A stretch of 29,523 nt of DNA from a virus (taxonomy: Duplodnaviria > Caudoviricetes). The DNA lies in IMG/VR virus record IMGVR_UViG_3300007344_000161, positions 1 to 29,523 of that record, one strand, 5' to 3'. Below are positions 15,079-24,807 of the stretch, in pieces (position 1 is the stretch's first letter; each line of letters opens with the position of its first letter). The notes under the pieces are model-generated. The model was given only the letters and a program-made list of their open reading frames with translations, was not told where the DNA came from and did not search any database. A program made the position numbers and the translations under genes.

Positions 15079-15995
15079 GCCTTGACCTCTTTAACCGCGT
15101 CAATCTGCCCGCCGCGAATCTCCGCAATCAGGTAGCCGGTCGGCATCGGCTCATACATGGCAACGCGGGCATATTCCGCATACCGCATGAAGGAGCCGGT
15201 TCTACAAAACCAAACCTGTGACCAGTGTTCGTCACCGTTCTCGTCGTACTCCATCCCGCCCTTCTGAGTCCCGTAAAGGTCATGCGTGTGGCCTAAGTGG
15301 TACAGGTCGCAGTTGGGGTAGACGTTGCGGAGTTTGTGAAGCTCTAAGAGGGTGTTCTTGGCCCCCGACTTGCCATGCCCGCCGCAAATCTTGATAACGC
15401 CCTCTGGCGTCTTGTACTGAACCACAGTCGGCACAGTTGAATAGTTGACACCCAACATCCCCGTCAGGATTAAGTCAGGGTCAATCCCGACCCTCGGCAG
15501 TATCCTTTTGCCGCCGTGATTGCCGGAGTAAATCAGGTCAATCTTGTCCTTCACCGGCTGGAGCGCATTGCCCGTCCTGACAATCTGATGGTCAATGTCA
15601 GAGTCGGACGTTCGCCCGCCATCGTGATAACCAGGGGGAGTTACCTCCATCTGGTCGCCACCGATAATCATTCGGGCTGTCGGGTCTGCCTCAACCCGCG
15701 CAATCATCTTGCGAAGCCCTGCGTAATCGCAGACCTCTGCCCCGCAGTGCCAATCTGAAGTCAGGTAGAGGTCAAAGTCCGAAGGCGCGTCAACTACTAA
15801 TCCCTCAGAGATTGGTAGTTGGGTAGTACCTCGGTTTCTGTATTCCTCGTAATTCCTCCCCGCCGTGGTTTCACCTGTCGCCGCATCAAATAGACGCCGG
15901 TAGGTGGTGCGGGGGATGCCTAACAGTTCAGCAGCGGCGGTTTTGTTCTGCCCTGCCTGATGAAAGGCGCTTATGACTTCTTCATGTGTTGCCAT
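15075..15995 (-). CDS. Calcineurin-like metallophosphoesterase with N-terminal Fis-type HTH
   Basis: NKTAAAELLGIPRTT HTH; SDWH, GGD, GNH, HG, GHTH metal motifs. Confidence 0.85.
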   Translation of the reverse strand: MATHEEVISAFHQAGQNKTAAAELLGIPRTTYRRLFDAATGETTAGRNYEEYRNRGTTQLPISEGLVVDAPSDFDLYLTSDWHCGAEVCDYAGLRKMIARVEADPTARMIIGGDQMEVTPPGYHDGGRTSDSDIDHQIVRTGNALQPVKDKIDLIYSGNHGGKRILPRVGIDPDLILTGMLGVNYSTVPTVVQYKTPEGVIKICGGHGKSGAKNTLLELHKLRNVYPNCDLYHLGHTHDLYGTQKGGMEYDENGDEHWSQVWFCRTGSFMRYAEYARVAMYEPMPTGYLIAEIRGGQIDAVKEVKA

Positions 15996-16287
15996 ATCTA
16001 CGGGACTTCTCCGCATGATGAAAGGCTTGGCCGACACGCTCCACAAAGGACTCATCGGCAGACAGGTCTGAGTGACCCGTCAGGTCGAGGATGGCGTGGG
16101 TTACTTCATGGTAGAAGGTGGCGAATATCACATCGTTGGGAACACCCTTCCCTAGTGACTGCACCCGAATCGTGTTTGTCCGGTTGCACCAATCGCCAAA
16201 CCTGTCGCCAATGTTGGCGAGGTTATCCACTTGCTCGACTGTAATCTTGTTCCCCAAAATCTCTATTGATGTGGGGAGTTTTCTCAT
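15982..16287 (-). CDS. Small HEXXH zinc metallopeptidase-like phage protein
   Basis: FYHEVTHAI...DESFVE. Confidence 0.75.
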   Translation of the reverse strand: MRKLPTSIEILGNKITVEQVDNLANIGDRFGDWCNRTNTIRVQSLGKGVPNDVIFATFYHEVTHAILDLTGHSDLSADESFVERVGQAFHHAEKSRRYGNT

Positions 16288-16430
16288 CCTAAAAACTTCC
16301 AGATAAGGCCGCAGTTAGCGACACCGTATGCGCCAAACGTCAGACAGCCCGCGTAGTCACCCTCGCGGAGCATCAAAACGCCAGAAATCAGATAGCAGAT
16401 GGTCGGTATGACCAGCAGCCAGAACGTCAC
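16284..16430 (-). CDS. 48-aa two-TM membrane protein
   Basis: VTFWLLVIPTICYLISGVLMLREGDYAGCLTFGAYGVANCGLIWKFLG; GTGA/ATGA coupled. Confidence 0.55.
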   Translation of the reverse strand: MTFWLLVIPTICYLISGVLMLREGDYAGCLTFGAYGVANCGLIWKFLG

Positions 16431-16780
16431 TTCTTCCAGTTCGCCGCGATGTTCTTAGCGAAGTAGAAGCCAACCACAAGGTAAAAGACCGGATTAACCA
16501 CCGACTCCATGAAGGCCAAAACAGCCTCCGCTATAGGGGCAAGGCCGACCAGCGTTAAAAGCAGGAGCGTGATGGCAGATACAACCCACACCGCCGTGAT
16601 CGCAATGGCGATGATTCGACGCGAAAGGTTCTGAGGCTGTGTGGCTTCCAGGTATCTCAGGAACCACTCAGACTGCTCCTCTTTGGTAAACCACGCAGCA
16701 TCCGCGCCCTTAATCACCGCATCAGCCACCTTCGTAGCTTGGGCGGGCGTGTTAAATATCGCCTTGAGCGCCTTAATCAT
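16427..16780 (-). CDS. Holin-like membrane protein (GTA 3TM-holin-like)
   Basis: D..WFTKEE, SRR.IA plus TM helices, VGFYF; in lysis cassette. Confidence 0.6.
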   Translation of the reverse strand: MIKALKAIFNTPAQATKVADAVIKGADAAWFTKEEQSEWFLRYLEATQPQNLSRRIIAIAITAVWVVSAITLLLLTLVGLAPIAEAVLAFMESVVNPVFYLVVGFYFAKNIAANWKK

Positions 16781-17054
16781 TGCCCGCTCTCATTTTTATC
16801 GACCGTACTTCGTCAATGACTTGCTGACTCAGGCGCTCAATGCCTTCCTGCCGCCCTTTGACAACACCGAAATCTTCCTTCAATGCAGCGAAGTTTTTAT
16901 TCGCTTCAGCCAGCCCTTCCTCGCATTTTTTGTGCTGTGCTTTTGTGTCCTTGTACTGTCCTTTAACATCCCGCCACAGGTAGACGATAGCCGCGCAAAG
17001 CCCGCCAAAAGCGGGAATGATTAACTCAGCGTAAATAAAGGTAGCGGGCAGCAT
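16773..17054 (-). CDS. Membrane-anchored coiled-coil protein of lysis cassette
   Basis: N-terminal TM followed by heptad-like region. Confidence 0.55.
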   Translation of the reverse strand: MLPATFIYAELIIPAFGGLCAAIVYLWRDVKGQYKDTKAQHKKCEEGLAEANKNFAALKEDFGVVKGRQEGIERLSQQVIDEVRSIKMRAGND

Positions 17055-17524
17055 TAGAACACCATCAAGATTGTGAGACAGATAGCGGCACTCGCTGTCG
17101 CCTTAGCGATCAGCTTGAGCAACTCCCACTTCTCTTTTTTGCTAATCATGATGGGATACAAGTGGAAAGAACCAGCCACAATGCCCGCCGTTTGTCGGAA
17201 AGGCACGTTACTCAGGACTCCGTTCTTGAACCAAAGTGGCGCACTGCTTGAACCAATCATCTCATGGAACCACGCAAGCCCCCAGTAGACGTTATCCACA
17301 ACAGCGCCCGTAAAGCCGATGGTGATGCCGATAATCAGCATCTCTGTCTCGCTCATCTTATCAACGGGCTTTCGCAGGGAAGCGAGAGCGCGAGGCGAGT
17401 AGTACCAGACCACCAGTACGCCCAATATTACTGTCGGCACGGTAAGCACGAGGCTTACAAACTCAGCCGATGTGTAAAACATATCAATCATTTTATGTAG
17501 CCCAAACTGTCTGCAATGCGTCAA
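17054..17524 (-). CDS. Multi-pass membrane protein
   Basis: About four hydrophobic segments; directly after lysozyme. Confidence 0.55.
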   Translation of the reverse strand: MTHCRQFGLHKMIDMFYTSAEFVSLVLTVPTVILGVLVVWYYSPRALASLRKPVDKMSETEMLIIGITIGFTGAVVDNVYWGLAWFHEMIGSSSAPLWFKNGVLSNVPFRQTAGIVAGSFHLYPIMISKKEKWELLKLIAKATASAAICLTILMVF

Positions 17525-17955
17525 TCATGACAATCCTCAGCGAGAACCCCATCACGCATTGCCTTAGCCAATCTGATAGCCCTGACGCCAACCTGCTTTG
17601 CCCACAGGCTGTCAAGCATTTCATCGGCTGCTGTTACGTAGTCTGCAACGGCCAGGGCTTGCCACATCCGCTTAAACTTATTAAGCCTGGGGATGCCTAA
17701 GTTGTAGGCCATCTCCGTTAGTACATCCTTACGGGTCTGGGTCAGTTCATCCCAACACTGACGCTGGCGTAATGCGAAAGCGCAATTAACCAGATCGCGT
17801 TTAAGAAAAAACTCCGCGAAGTGTTCAGGGAAGTCGGACAACTCCTGAAGGTTTGTCCCGTAGCCAATTGTCCAGACGCCCGCGCTGCACTGGTAAGCCT
17901 TATTCCGATAGCCTTCGTGACGCTTCACGCTGGCTATCAGTTCGTTGCTAATCAC
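17521..17955 (-). CDS. Endolysin, GH24/T4-lysozyme-like
   Basis: HEG.R..AY.C..G.WTIGYG; M.YNLG...L.KF..M; LDS.WAKQV..RA. Confidence 0.9.
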   Translation of the reverse strand: MISNELIASVKRHEGYRNKAYQCSAGVWTIGYGTNLQELSDFPEHFAEFFLKRDLVNCAFALRQRQCWDELTQTRKDVLTEMAYNLGIPRLNKFKRMWQALAVADYVTAADEMLDSLWAKQVGVRAIRLAKAMRDGVLAEDCHD

Positions 17956-17982
17956 TGATCGCGCAGTTCCCTGGACATTTCC

Positions 17983-20178
17983 TTATGCCCACCTCATAAA
18001 CACGACGCGGTTGCCGGTGGCGCAGTCGCCCGTCAGCGTTCCCGTGAGCGCGACTGTATAGGGGCCAGAGCCTGAAGGAGAGCCATTTACCACGTCCCAA
18101 TCAGTCACTTCCAGATCGTCGTTCAAAATTCCTACCACGTCTCCGCTGTTCACGGTAGAAGCGTCATCAACCGAGATAGAGGACGCACCGGCGCTGGCGG
18201 CAGAGTCAAGCGTGGTGTCTACGGAATTAGTGACAGTCCAGCGGTTTGTGCCATCAACGTCATCCACCGTGAAACCCAAAGGCGCGAAACCCTCTGTCGG
18301 CACACCACTAACAGCGTATGGCCCGTCATTTAGCAGCGGGATGTTTGACCGAAGCGTTAACCGGTTGTCGTAGGGTTGGCGTCGAACATAGAGCGATATT
18401 GAACCCGCATTAAGGGTGTCTGAGGGCGAGGTCGCGTAAACCTGCAACCGGCACCAAGCAAGATCATCTTCATCCGCCACGACAAAGGACGCAGACTCGA
18501 CTCCGGTGCTGGAGAAAATAACATTGCCGCTCACCGTATTGACCGAGCCATTTACTGATATGTAGTTCTCTCCGGGTGCGGGAAGGCCAGTTGCCGACCT
18601 AACGGGCGATGCTACAGCGCCGGTCGAATCCCACAATTCCGCTCTCAGTCGGTATTGGGGCGTGTTTGAATCAACGGCATCTGTTATAAAGCCGATTACA
18701 TCGCCCTTGCGGATTCTGAACTTCTTGGTTGAAAGAACGCGGCCAGCGGGAGCACTTGACTGAACAACGGCAAGTGAAGGCTGACGATTCTCATAAACGC
18801 CAACAGTGGTGTCAAAAACCAAGTCATCATGCGCCGCATGACCGACCACACTATGCTCTCGCAGAATAGAGTCCTGCTTAACAACGACATTACCAACGCC
18901 GTTGTCGGTTATATTGTCATTGTTAATGTTGCCATAGATGGCCTCTGTTGCGTAATCAGAAAACGATGATGTCCAAGTCTGGAATATCTTGTTAAAGCGG
19001 GCGCTGCTATCAAAAGTTATCTCTACGGGAGTCTGACCCGAACCACTATTGTACTCAAACCGTAGGTCATACCAGACATTGCTCGACCCGATGTTAAAGT
19101 CTATGGACGCGGGAGTGTTGTTCGTTGTGTCCCATTCAAGGTTTCCCCCATAAAAGCGGTTGTGGTTGTGGCCGTAAGTCCCGCCGCAGATGAAATGGCA
19201 AAGCCTGTTGATGAAAAACTGGTTTTCGTTAATCCACTGACCCTCCGGAAGGCCAACAGGGCTTGGATTAGTGCCAAATTCAAGCGTATTGAGATTGTTC
19301 AGATGGTAAGTCGAGTAAGCCGAGACTCCCGACGCATAAGGAGTTGTTACGTCAACGTCGCCGTAAATCTGGAACCATCCGGTTTTATAAACATGAATAT
19401 GCTGGCCGTATGCACCCATCACACGAACGGTCGGCGTGGATGCTGAGTCCGTGCCAACAGATCGCTCAACCTTGCCGAACTTCTGGCGCGGATTCGTTGC
19501 GGCGTTACGGTTGCCACCGATAATCAGGCCGATGCCTGAGTGAGTAATGTTTAATTCCGCATTTTCTAAATCAATCTCCGCGCCGCGCATATTCACAACA
19601 GAAGCCAATGCAAACCGTCCGACGCCCGTTACCCTAGACCCGTTTGTTTCCCTACTCTGTAAAACAGCGGCACTAAAAGCATCAGCAGAATTCGTGCTGT
19701 TATCGTCGATAGCACCATAGCGCCGTATATCGCCTGGGCGATACTCAGGGTTCGTAATGTCGCCTGCATTATTGTCGGCAGCGTATTCATCAATACCAGC
19801 GGCAGCTTCAGCATCCGTTCTCGGCCATATGACGCTACCGAGATTCGCCTGAGTTAAGGCGCTCGACAAGTCAGCCCACTCCAAGACCTCCTCTTGATAC
19901 CTGTCATCGCTATAGACAGGCGTACCCGCACCGTCAGCTTGGGGGTACAGGACAACCTTCACACCCGCCCTCAAGTCGGAAGGGTCGAAAAATACGGGGC
20001 CAAAACGACCTTGAGAATCCGCGTTTAACGGGTTCGCATTAGCCGTATTCCGGTCATAGTCGGAATAAGTGGTGATCGGTGTACTTGTGCCCGTCTGGTA
20101 GAAGCCGAGCGAACCTACAATAGGGTCGCCGTTAGCGTCTACGTGCTGAAGCCGGGAGAGGTGGAGTTTGGTTTGCAT
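17983..20178 (-). CDS. Tailspike / receptor-binding protein
   Basis: N-terminal virion-binding D.NG.P..G...FY..GT.TP...YSD...NANP...DS.GR; IRRYGA..D beta-helix start. Confidence 0.8.
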   Translation of the reverse strand: MQTKLHLSRLQHVDANGDPIVGSLGFYQTGTSTPITTYSDYDRNTANANPLNADSQGRFGPVFFDPSDLRAGVKVVLYPQADGAGTPVYSDDRYQEEVLEWADLSSALTQANLGSVIWPRTDAEAAAGIDEYAADNNAGDITNPEYRPGDIRRYGAIDDNSTNSADAFSAAVLQSRETNGSRVTGVGRFALASVVNMRGAEIDLENAELNITHSGIGLIIGGNRNAATNPRQKFGKVERSVGTDSASTPTVRVMGAYGQHIHVYKTGWFQIYGDVDVTTPYASGVSAYSTYHLNNLNTLEFGTNPSPVGLPEGQWINENQFFINRLCHFICGGTYGHNHNRFYGGNLEWDTTNNTPASIDFNIGSSNVWYDLRFEYNSGSGQTPVEITFDSSARFNKIFQTWTSSFSDYATEAIYGNINNDNITDNGVGNVVVKQDSILREHSVVGHAAHDDLVFDTTVGVYENRQPSLAVVQSSAPAGRVLSTKKFRIRKGDVIGFITDAVDSNTPQYRLRAELWDSTGAVASPVRSATGLPAPGENYISVNGSVNTVSGNVIFSSTGVESASFVVADEDDLAWCRLQVYATSPSDTLNAGSISLYVRRQPYDNRLTLRSNIPLLNDGPYAVSGVPTEGFAPLGFTVDDVDGTNRWTVTNSVDTTLDSAASAGASSISVDDASTVNSGDVVGILNDDLEVTDWDVVNGSPSGSGPYTVALTGTLTGDCATGNRVVFMRWA

Positions 20179-20196
20179 AAATTACTGTTTTCCAAC

Positions 20197-20220
20197 AAAA
20201 AACCCGCTCAGGGCGGGTTT
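20197..20220 (-). terminator. Intrinsic terminator before tailspike gene
   Basis: AAACCCGC-CCTGA-GCGGGTTT-TTT on minus strand. Confidence 0.75.
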
Positions 20221-20231
20221 GTGGGATACTT

Positions 20232-20408
20232 ATGTATATGTGGAGCCTTACGAAAAGAGCCGCGCTGATTTACTACCGAGTAAACCTTGTGGCGATATAT
20301 GCCGCTCTCACGGTTGCTGCGTTTATGCTGCACCCGCTGTTAGCTGCGCCAACTGCCCTACTGCTTACCTTTGCTGCTGTTCTCGTTTGGACGCCTGAGA
20401 TTCGGTAG
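20232..20408 (+). CDS. 58-aa two-TM protein, opposite to late operon (candidate superinfection exclusion)
   Basis: MYMWSLTKRAALIYYRVNLVAIYAALTVAAFMLHPLLAAPTALLLTFAAVLVWTPEIR. Confidence 0.45.
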   Translation: MYMWSLTKRAALIYYRVNLVAIYAALTVAAFMLHPLLAAPTALLLTFAAVLVWTPEIR

Positions 20409-22218
20409 CGCCCAATCCGAGACCTCTAGCCACTCGCCGCAACTCAATACTCAGGGAGCGCATATTCTTAGGAGTCGCCCGCTTCAAAAGCTTTGAGGCA
20501 ATTTCCGGCTGAAGCATGGCCTCTTTAAGAATCTCGCCAACCTTCGCATCAGGGTATTTGTACATCCAGTTAATAGGGCGCAATAGCGTTTGCACAATAG
20601 GATGAACGTCTGTAGCAGTTCTCCCAACCATCGCATTAAGCAACGTAGCAGAGGATATATTCTGGAAGGTATCCGAGCCTGGAGTTCTCAACAGACTGCT
20701 ATTGATAGCGGAAGCCAAATCCAGATCAGTTGCAACCGCTTCTAACGTGGCCCTTTGCTCAGGGGTTAGCTTTTCAAGGTCGCCATCCACAGCCGCCTTT
20801 TCCAAGCGATTGCGGAACTTCGCTTGAGAGAGGAAATCTCTACCAGTAGTCGGGTCAGGAGCCGCCAGCCTTGAGCGGCGACGAATCTCCTGCATAACCT
20901 CCATCTGATTAATCGGCCTCGATAGCGAACGGTAACGCTCTAGGTAAGCCTTAAACCCCGGCGCAACCGCATCAATGGCGTTATCAAGCTGCTCACGCAC
21001 TTCAATCAACTGCGAACGGGCAAGCCGAAAATTAGCCTTCTCCCCCTTGACCTTGCCCGACATCATATCGCCAATGTTCTGACGGATTGAGTAGAGCGTT
21101 TCGGGGTCAGTCTCGCCCTCAATGTCATTCCTTACTTGGCGAAGCGCCTCACCAACTGCTGTGCGCTTGCCCTTCGGCCCCGCAAGAATCTCATCAATTT
21201 TACTAATGACAGGTGAGACATCCGCATCACTGGAGTTTGCAAAAGACGCATCGCGCATAGGGGATGTCTCTGCATCCCGCGCCTGTTTCGCGGCCTTTAC
21301 GTCTGCCTTATTGCCAGAGACAGAATCAAGCGCCTCTTGACGAGCCAAGTTCTGCTCTGAAAGTCGCTCACCAAACTCTGTACGGTTCTGCTGTGCAACG
21401 CCCTTCTGTAAAGACAAAAGCCCTACATCGCCGGATGCGGGGCCGGTTGTCTGAACCGAGCCGGGGACTATCTCTGTTGCCGCATCCAAAGCCTCCGCAG
21501 CCGCTACAGAATCAGACGCCTGATCGCGCAACACCTCTCCGGCAATACGCTCCTGCCCGCTGCGAGTAAAGGGGGCAGCGGCAGCCCTGACGCCCCTAGA
21601 AGAGCCCCGCATAGAGCCGAGCGTACCAATAGTAGCGCCGCCGCCAAAAAAGCCACCGCCCATGCCAGCAGCCGTCTGCGCTAACGGAGATGCGCCTTGC
21701 TGTCTAGCAATGTCAGCCGCAGCGCCGCCCGTAGCAGCGCCTATAGCCTGTGCTTCGGGGGCTTGTGCTAGAAGGCTGGCAACGCCGCTAGTTACGTCAT
21801 CAACGCCCTTAACAGATTGCGCCCATCCAAGCGGAACGGCAGCGCCGGATACAGCCCTTGAAGCCGCAGCAACACCCTCCTCCAAACCGCCGTTAGGCTC
21901 TGGCAATCCGGCATCAGTCAAGACCTCCGAAACCGCCTCAGACGCGGGCATAAGCCGGTACTCACTACCGGACGCCTCAAGCCCTTGATTGATTAGCGCG
22001 TTAAGAGGGTCAGCGAACAGAGTGCCAGCAGATAACGCGCCCTCAGTCACATGGCGAACCGTCAGGCCAAGCTGCCTCCCCAACTGCTCCAACATCGGCA
22101 AATCAGCGATACGAGCCGATTCGTCAAACTTCTCAAGCAATTCCCTCGCGGTCTGATCGCGGGCGGGAGCCTCCTGCTTTTCGTCAAATTCGCTTAGTAA
22201 CTCTCTAGCTGTTTTCAT
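20365..22218 (-). CDS. Large DNA ejection (internal virion) protein
   Basis: Ala/Gly-rich helical protein, last of ejection cluster before tailspike. Confidence 0.65.
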   Translation of the reverse strand: MKTARELLSEFDEKQEAPARDQTARELLEKFDESARIADLPMLEQLGRQLGLTVRHVTEGALSAGTLFADPLNALINQGLEASGSEYRLMPASEAVSEVLTDAGLPEPNGGLEEGVAAASRAVSGAAVPLGWAQSVKGVDDVTSGVASLLAQAPEAQAIGAATGGAAADIARQQGASPLAQTAAGMGGGFFGGGATIGTLGSMRGSSRGVRAAAAPFTRSGQERIAGEVLRDQASDSVAAAEALDAATEIVPGSVQTTGPASGDVGLLSLQKGVAQQNRTEFGERLSEQNLARQEALDSVSGNKADVKAAKQARDAETSPMRDASFANSSDADVSPVISKIDEILAGPKGKRTAVGEALRQVRNDIEGETDPETLYSIRQNIGDMMSGKVKGEKANFRLARSQLIEVREQLDNAIDAVAPGFKAYLERYRSLSRPINQMEVMQEIRRRSRLAAPDPTTGRDFLSQAKFRNRLEKAAVDGDLEKLTPEQRATLEAVATDLDLASAINSSLLRTPGSDTFQNISSATLLNAMVGRTATDVHPIVQTLLRPINWMYKYPDAKVGEILKEAMLQPEIASKLLKRATPKNMRSLSIELRRVARGLGLGATESQASKREQQQR

Positions 22219-23393
22219 TGATTCGCCAGAAGGTGAGCCTCAAGCCGCCCCTGTTCAGCCGGAGACAATTCATCAACGCCAGGGATACCCTCTAAAACAC
22301 TAGGCTCATAGTCGAAGGTGGGAACCACAACCGGACGGTAAAGCCCCCTCAGAGATGCGAAATCATCGGGAATAGCTGAGATAGTTTCATTGTAAACCTC
22401 AAACTTCCTTGCTTGTGCGCGGGCATTGAGGTCAATAATGCGTAGCATTGCTTTAGGGGTGAGCGAAACCTCACCACCGGCCATAATCTTTGCAAACTCC
22501 AAGTCTCGGTCAGATAGCCCTGTGCCGGAACCGAACAGTTTGATAACATCGCCAACCAGTTTAGCCGTAGCCGCGATATATTCCTGAGTCCGTGCCGCGC
22601 TGCCATCGCCAAAGCCTAGCGTTTCAAGACCACGAGCAAAAGAGAGGCGCATATCGGCAGCCGTGCCAGAGATTACGCCCTGCCTAACAAGGTCTTTTGC
22701 GCGACCAAGAAACAGCATCGTTCCTTCAGCATCTCGAACACCCTGCCTCTGCTCATTAAGTTGGGTAACGGCTTCTTTTGCGAATACCTCTAACCCCTTC
22801 TCATTAGCGCCGCTCACGCTCACAGGGACTTTTACAGTCATGCCGCCGCCGCCAATCTGCTTCCACTGGCCTGTCTTGGTGTTCCGCTGGTAGAACTTGT
22901 TAGGGTCGCCACCTTGAAGCTGCCCGCCAGAAACCGGCTCAGACCACTCCGGCCCCTCCTGAAACAGCTGCTCCATAGCCAACTCAGGGTTACGCTGCAT
23001 GATCGTGTTACGCGCCGCTTGATTGGCTGCCTCACGCTCTGCAACCTGATTTTGGATGGCTTGCGCGTACTGGTTAAAGCCTTCCTGCGTAACAGCCCCG
23101 CCAATGCCCTCATCAACGGGCAAGCCGTACTGCTGATGCACTTGCGCCTGATAGTCAGGCTCCGGCTGAGTCAGTGTGCCAATGGCCTCCATCGTGGCCT
23201 GACGGTCAGCCATCTGGTTACGAGCGGCTTCCATCTGCAAGCCACGTAGATCGGCCTGCTGCTCTCTCGCCGCAAGAATGGAATCCAACTCCTGCCGACG
23301 GTCACGAGCGTCGAGGAAACTAGCCCCCGGCCCCGGAGAGGAATTGGCTGAACGGAAAGCCGTGGCAATAATGCTGTTAAGTGCTGCGCCCAT
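22215..23393 (-). CDS. DNA ejection protein
   Basis: Position; G.GLSDRDLEF motif; Ala/Gln-rich. Confidence 0.6.
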   Translation of the reverse strand: MGAALNSIIATAFRSANSSPGPGASFLDARDRRQELDSILAAREQQADLRGLQMEAARNQMADRQATMEAIGTLTQPEPDYQAQVHQQYGLPVDEGIGGAVTQEGFNQYAQAIQNQVAEREAANQAARNTIMQRNPELAMEQLFQEGPEWSEPVSGGQLQGGDPNKFYQRNTKTGQWKQIGGGGMTVKVPVSVSGANEKGLEVFAKEAVTQLNEQRQGVRDAEGTMLFLGRAKDLVRQGVISGTAADMRLSFARGLETLGFGDGSAARTQEYIAATAKLVGDVIKLFGSGTGLSDRDLEFAKIMAGGEVSLTPKAMLRIIDLNARAQARKFEVYNETISAIPDDFASLRGLYRPVVVPTFDYEPSVLEGIPGVDELSPAEQGRLEAHLLANQ

Positions 23394-23400
23394 AATCTAC

Positions 23401-24027
23401 CTAGTTAGTCGGAGGCATGAACTCATCGCCACGCCGATAAGTTCCGCCTGGAGGGGTGTAAGCGCCCGGACGTTGCGCAAACGCATCGCCCAAGACCCTC
23501 GACAAATCTGTGACGGCGTTCTGCCACGCGCCCGCCTGACCCAACTGACCCGCTGCAATCGCGTCACCCGCGCCCACAGTCAAGTTAGACTGTAAAGCAG
23601 AGTTATTGCCGATGATGTTGCCAAGCGTCCCGCCTAAAGCGGATGAGGTCTGACCCGTTCCCGCCATAGCGGATAAACGGTTCATGTAGTCGGAGTAAGC
23701 AGGGAAAGCGAGATTGTTGCCGACGAACTTACCCAAGTCGCCCGCAGTCACGCCGGACTTCCTCAAGCCCAATGCAGAGGCATTGTTTAAGATCGCGTCC
23801 GTACCTTCCTCTTTGGCAAACTGATAGCCTGGGGTATTGGCAATACGCGCCATCTGCTGATTCGGAGCAACATAGTTAGATGCAGGGGCTTGCAGTTCCG
23901 ACATTGCGGTTGCAATGGCATCCATTAGCTGATCGCGCTCTGGCGTAACGGCACCGCCACGTTTACGACTCTTGCCGCCACCAAGTAGCCTGCCAACCGG
24001 CTTTAGGACTTTGCTAAGAAGGCCCAT
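23401..24027 (-). CDS. DNA ejection/pilot protein (gp7-like)
   Basis: TPGYQF...EG..A..N.ASA.G...SG, Y.NRL..MAG.GQ, G.A.AAG.LG.A.AW. Confidence 0.7.
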   Translation of the reverse strand: MGLLSKVLKPVGRLLGGGKSRKRGGAVTPERDQLMDAIATAMSELQAPASNYVAPNQQMARIANTPGYQFAKEEGTDAILNNASALGLRKSGVTAGDLGKFVGNNLAFPAYSDYMNRLSAMAGTGQTSSALGGTLGNIIGNNSALQSNLTVGAGDAIAAGQLGQAGAWQNAVTDLSRVLGDAFAQRPGAYTPPGGTYRRGDEFMPPTN

Positions 24028-24332
24028 TACTTAGCCCCCTGCTTATAGCCCGGAGACATCAACTGAGCCGCCTTGCGATAATCCGTTGCGGGGGTTCTCA
24101 GCCCAAGCATCCCCGCCAATTCAGATCGCGCAATGTTCTGTGAATTGACAGCGGGCGCGTTTAGCAGGATGTTCTGAAGCATGGAAATCTTCGCCTGACG
24201 GTCTGCCAGTTGCGCGGCTTCCGTCTGCGACTTAGCCGATTTTTTTGCTGCGCTCTTAGCGCCTTTACTGGCTAAAAACCCGCCGCCTATAGCTCCAGCG
24301 GAGCCAATCAGGGCTGCTGTTACAAATGACAT
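24027..24332 (-). CDS. Small ejection-type protein with Gly/Ala hydrophobic N-terminus
   Basis: MSFVTAALIGSAGAIGGG...AKSAAK. Confidence 0.55.
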   Translation of the reverse strand: MSFVTAALIGSAGAIGGGFLASKGAKSAAKKSAKSQTEAAQLADRQAKISMLQNILLNAPAVNSQNIARSELAGMLGLRTPATDYRKAAQLMSPGYKQGAK

Positions 24333-24805
24333 TACTCGTTCTCCAACGCATCCAAGTGCGTTTCCGAAATTAAATCCTGTTCTATTTCGTCGGGTTCTGT
24401 TTCATTGGTTGCATGAACAGTTACCCAAACCGAATCTTCTAAAATCCTAAAGGCGCGTTTCGTTCCCGCCTTCGTTTTGAACATACATGGCGCTTCCATT
24501 AACTCAGCGCCAGAGTTCTCGTCAATCACCAGAGCCTTCCCTTTTAGAATGAAAAGAAAGTGGCTTTTTTTGTGTATCTTGCCCGTAGCGACAAAGCCAG
24601 CAGGCATCGCTAACTCGCGCCCGTATAATCCCTCTGCAAAATGGTTTACGTGATCGGGAACTTCTACCCGGAGGTCTGACTGTAAAATCTCATCCTCAAC
24701 ATGGGCAGTAAGTTCTCGGATAAGCAACTTGTCCTCATTGCTGACAACCTGACTAGAAGGCTTGTGCAGCAGTGATGGAGCAACCTCAACACTAGGCAGC
24801 GTCAT
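24332..24805 (-). CDS. Cupin-like conserved phage protein
   Basis: HFAEGLYGREL.MPAG...GKIHK..H, GTKR, WVTVH. Confidence 0.65.
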   Translation of the reverse strand: MTLPSVEVAPSLLHKPSSQVVSNEDKLLIRELTAHVEDEILQSDLRVEVPDHVNHFAEGLYGRELAMPAGFVATGKIHKKSHFLFILKGKALVIDENSGAELMEAPCMFKTKAGTKRAFRILEDSVWVTVHATNETEPDEIEQDLISETHLDALENE

Positions 24806-24807
24806 AT

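Noticed and set aside
17983-20178. Diversity-generating retroelement target
   Set aside because: No reverse transcriptase and no TR/VR repeat pair noticed in the window
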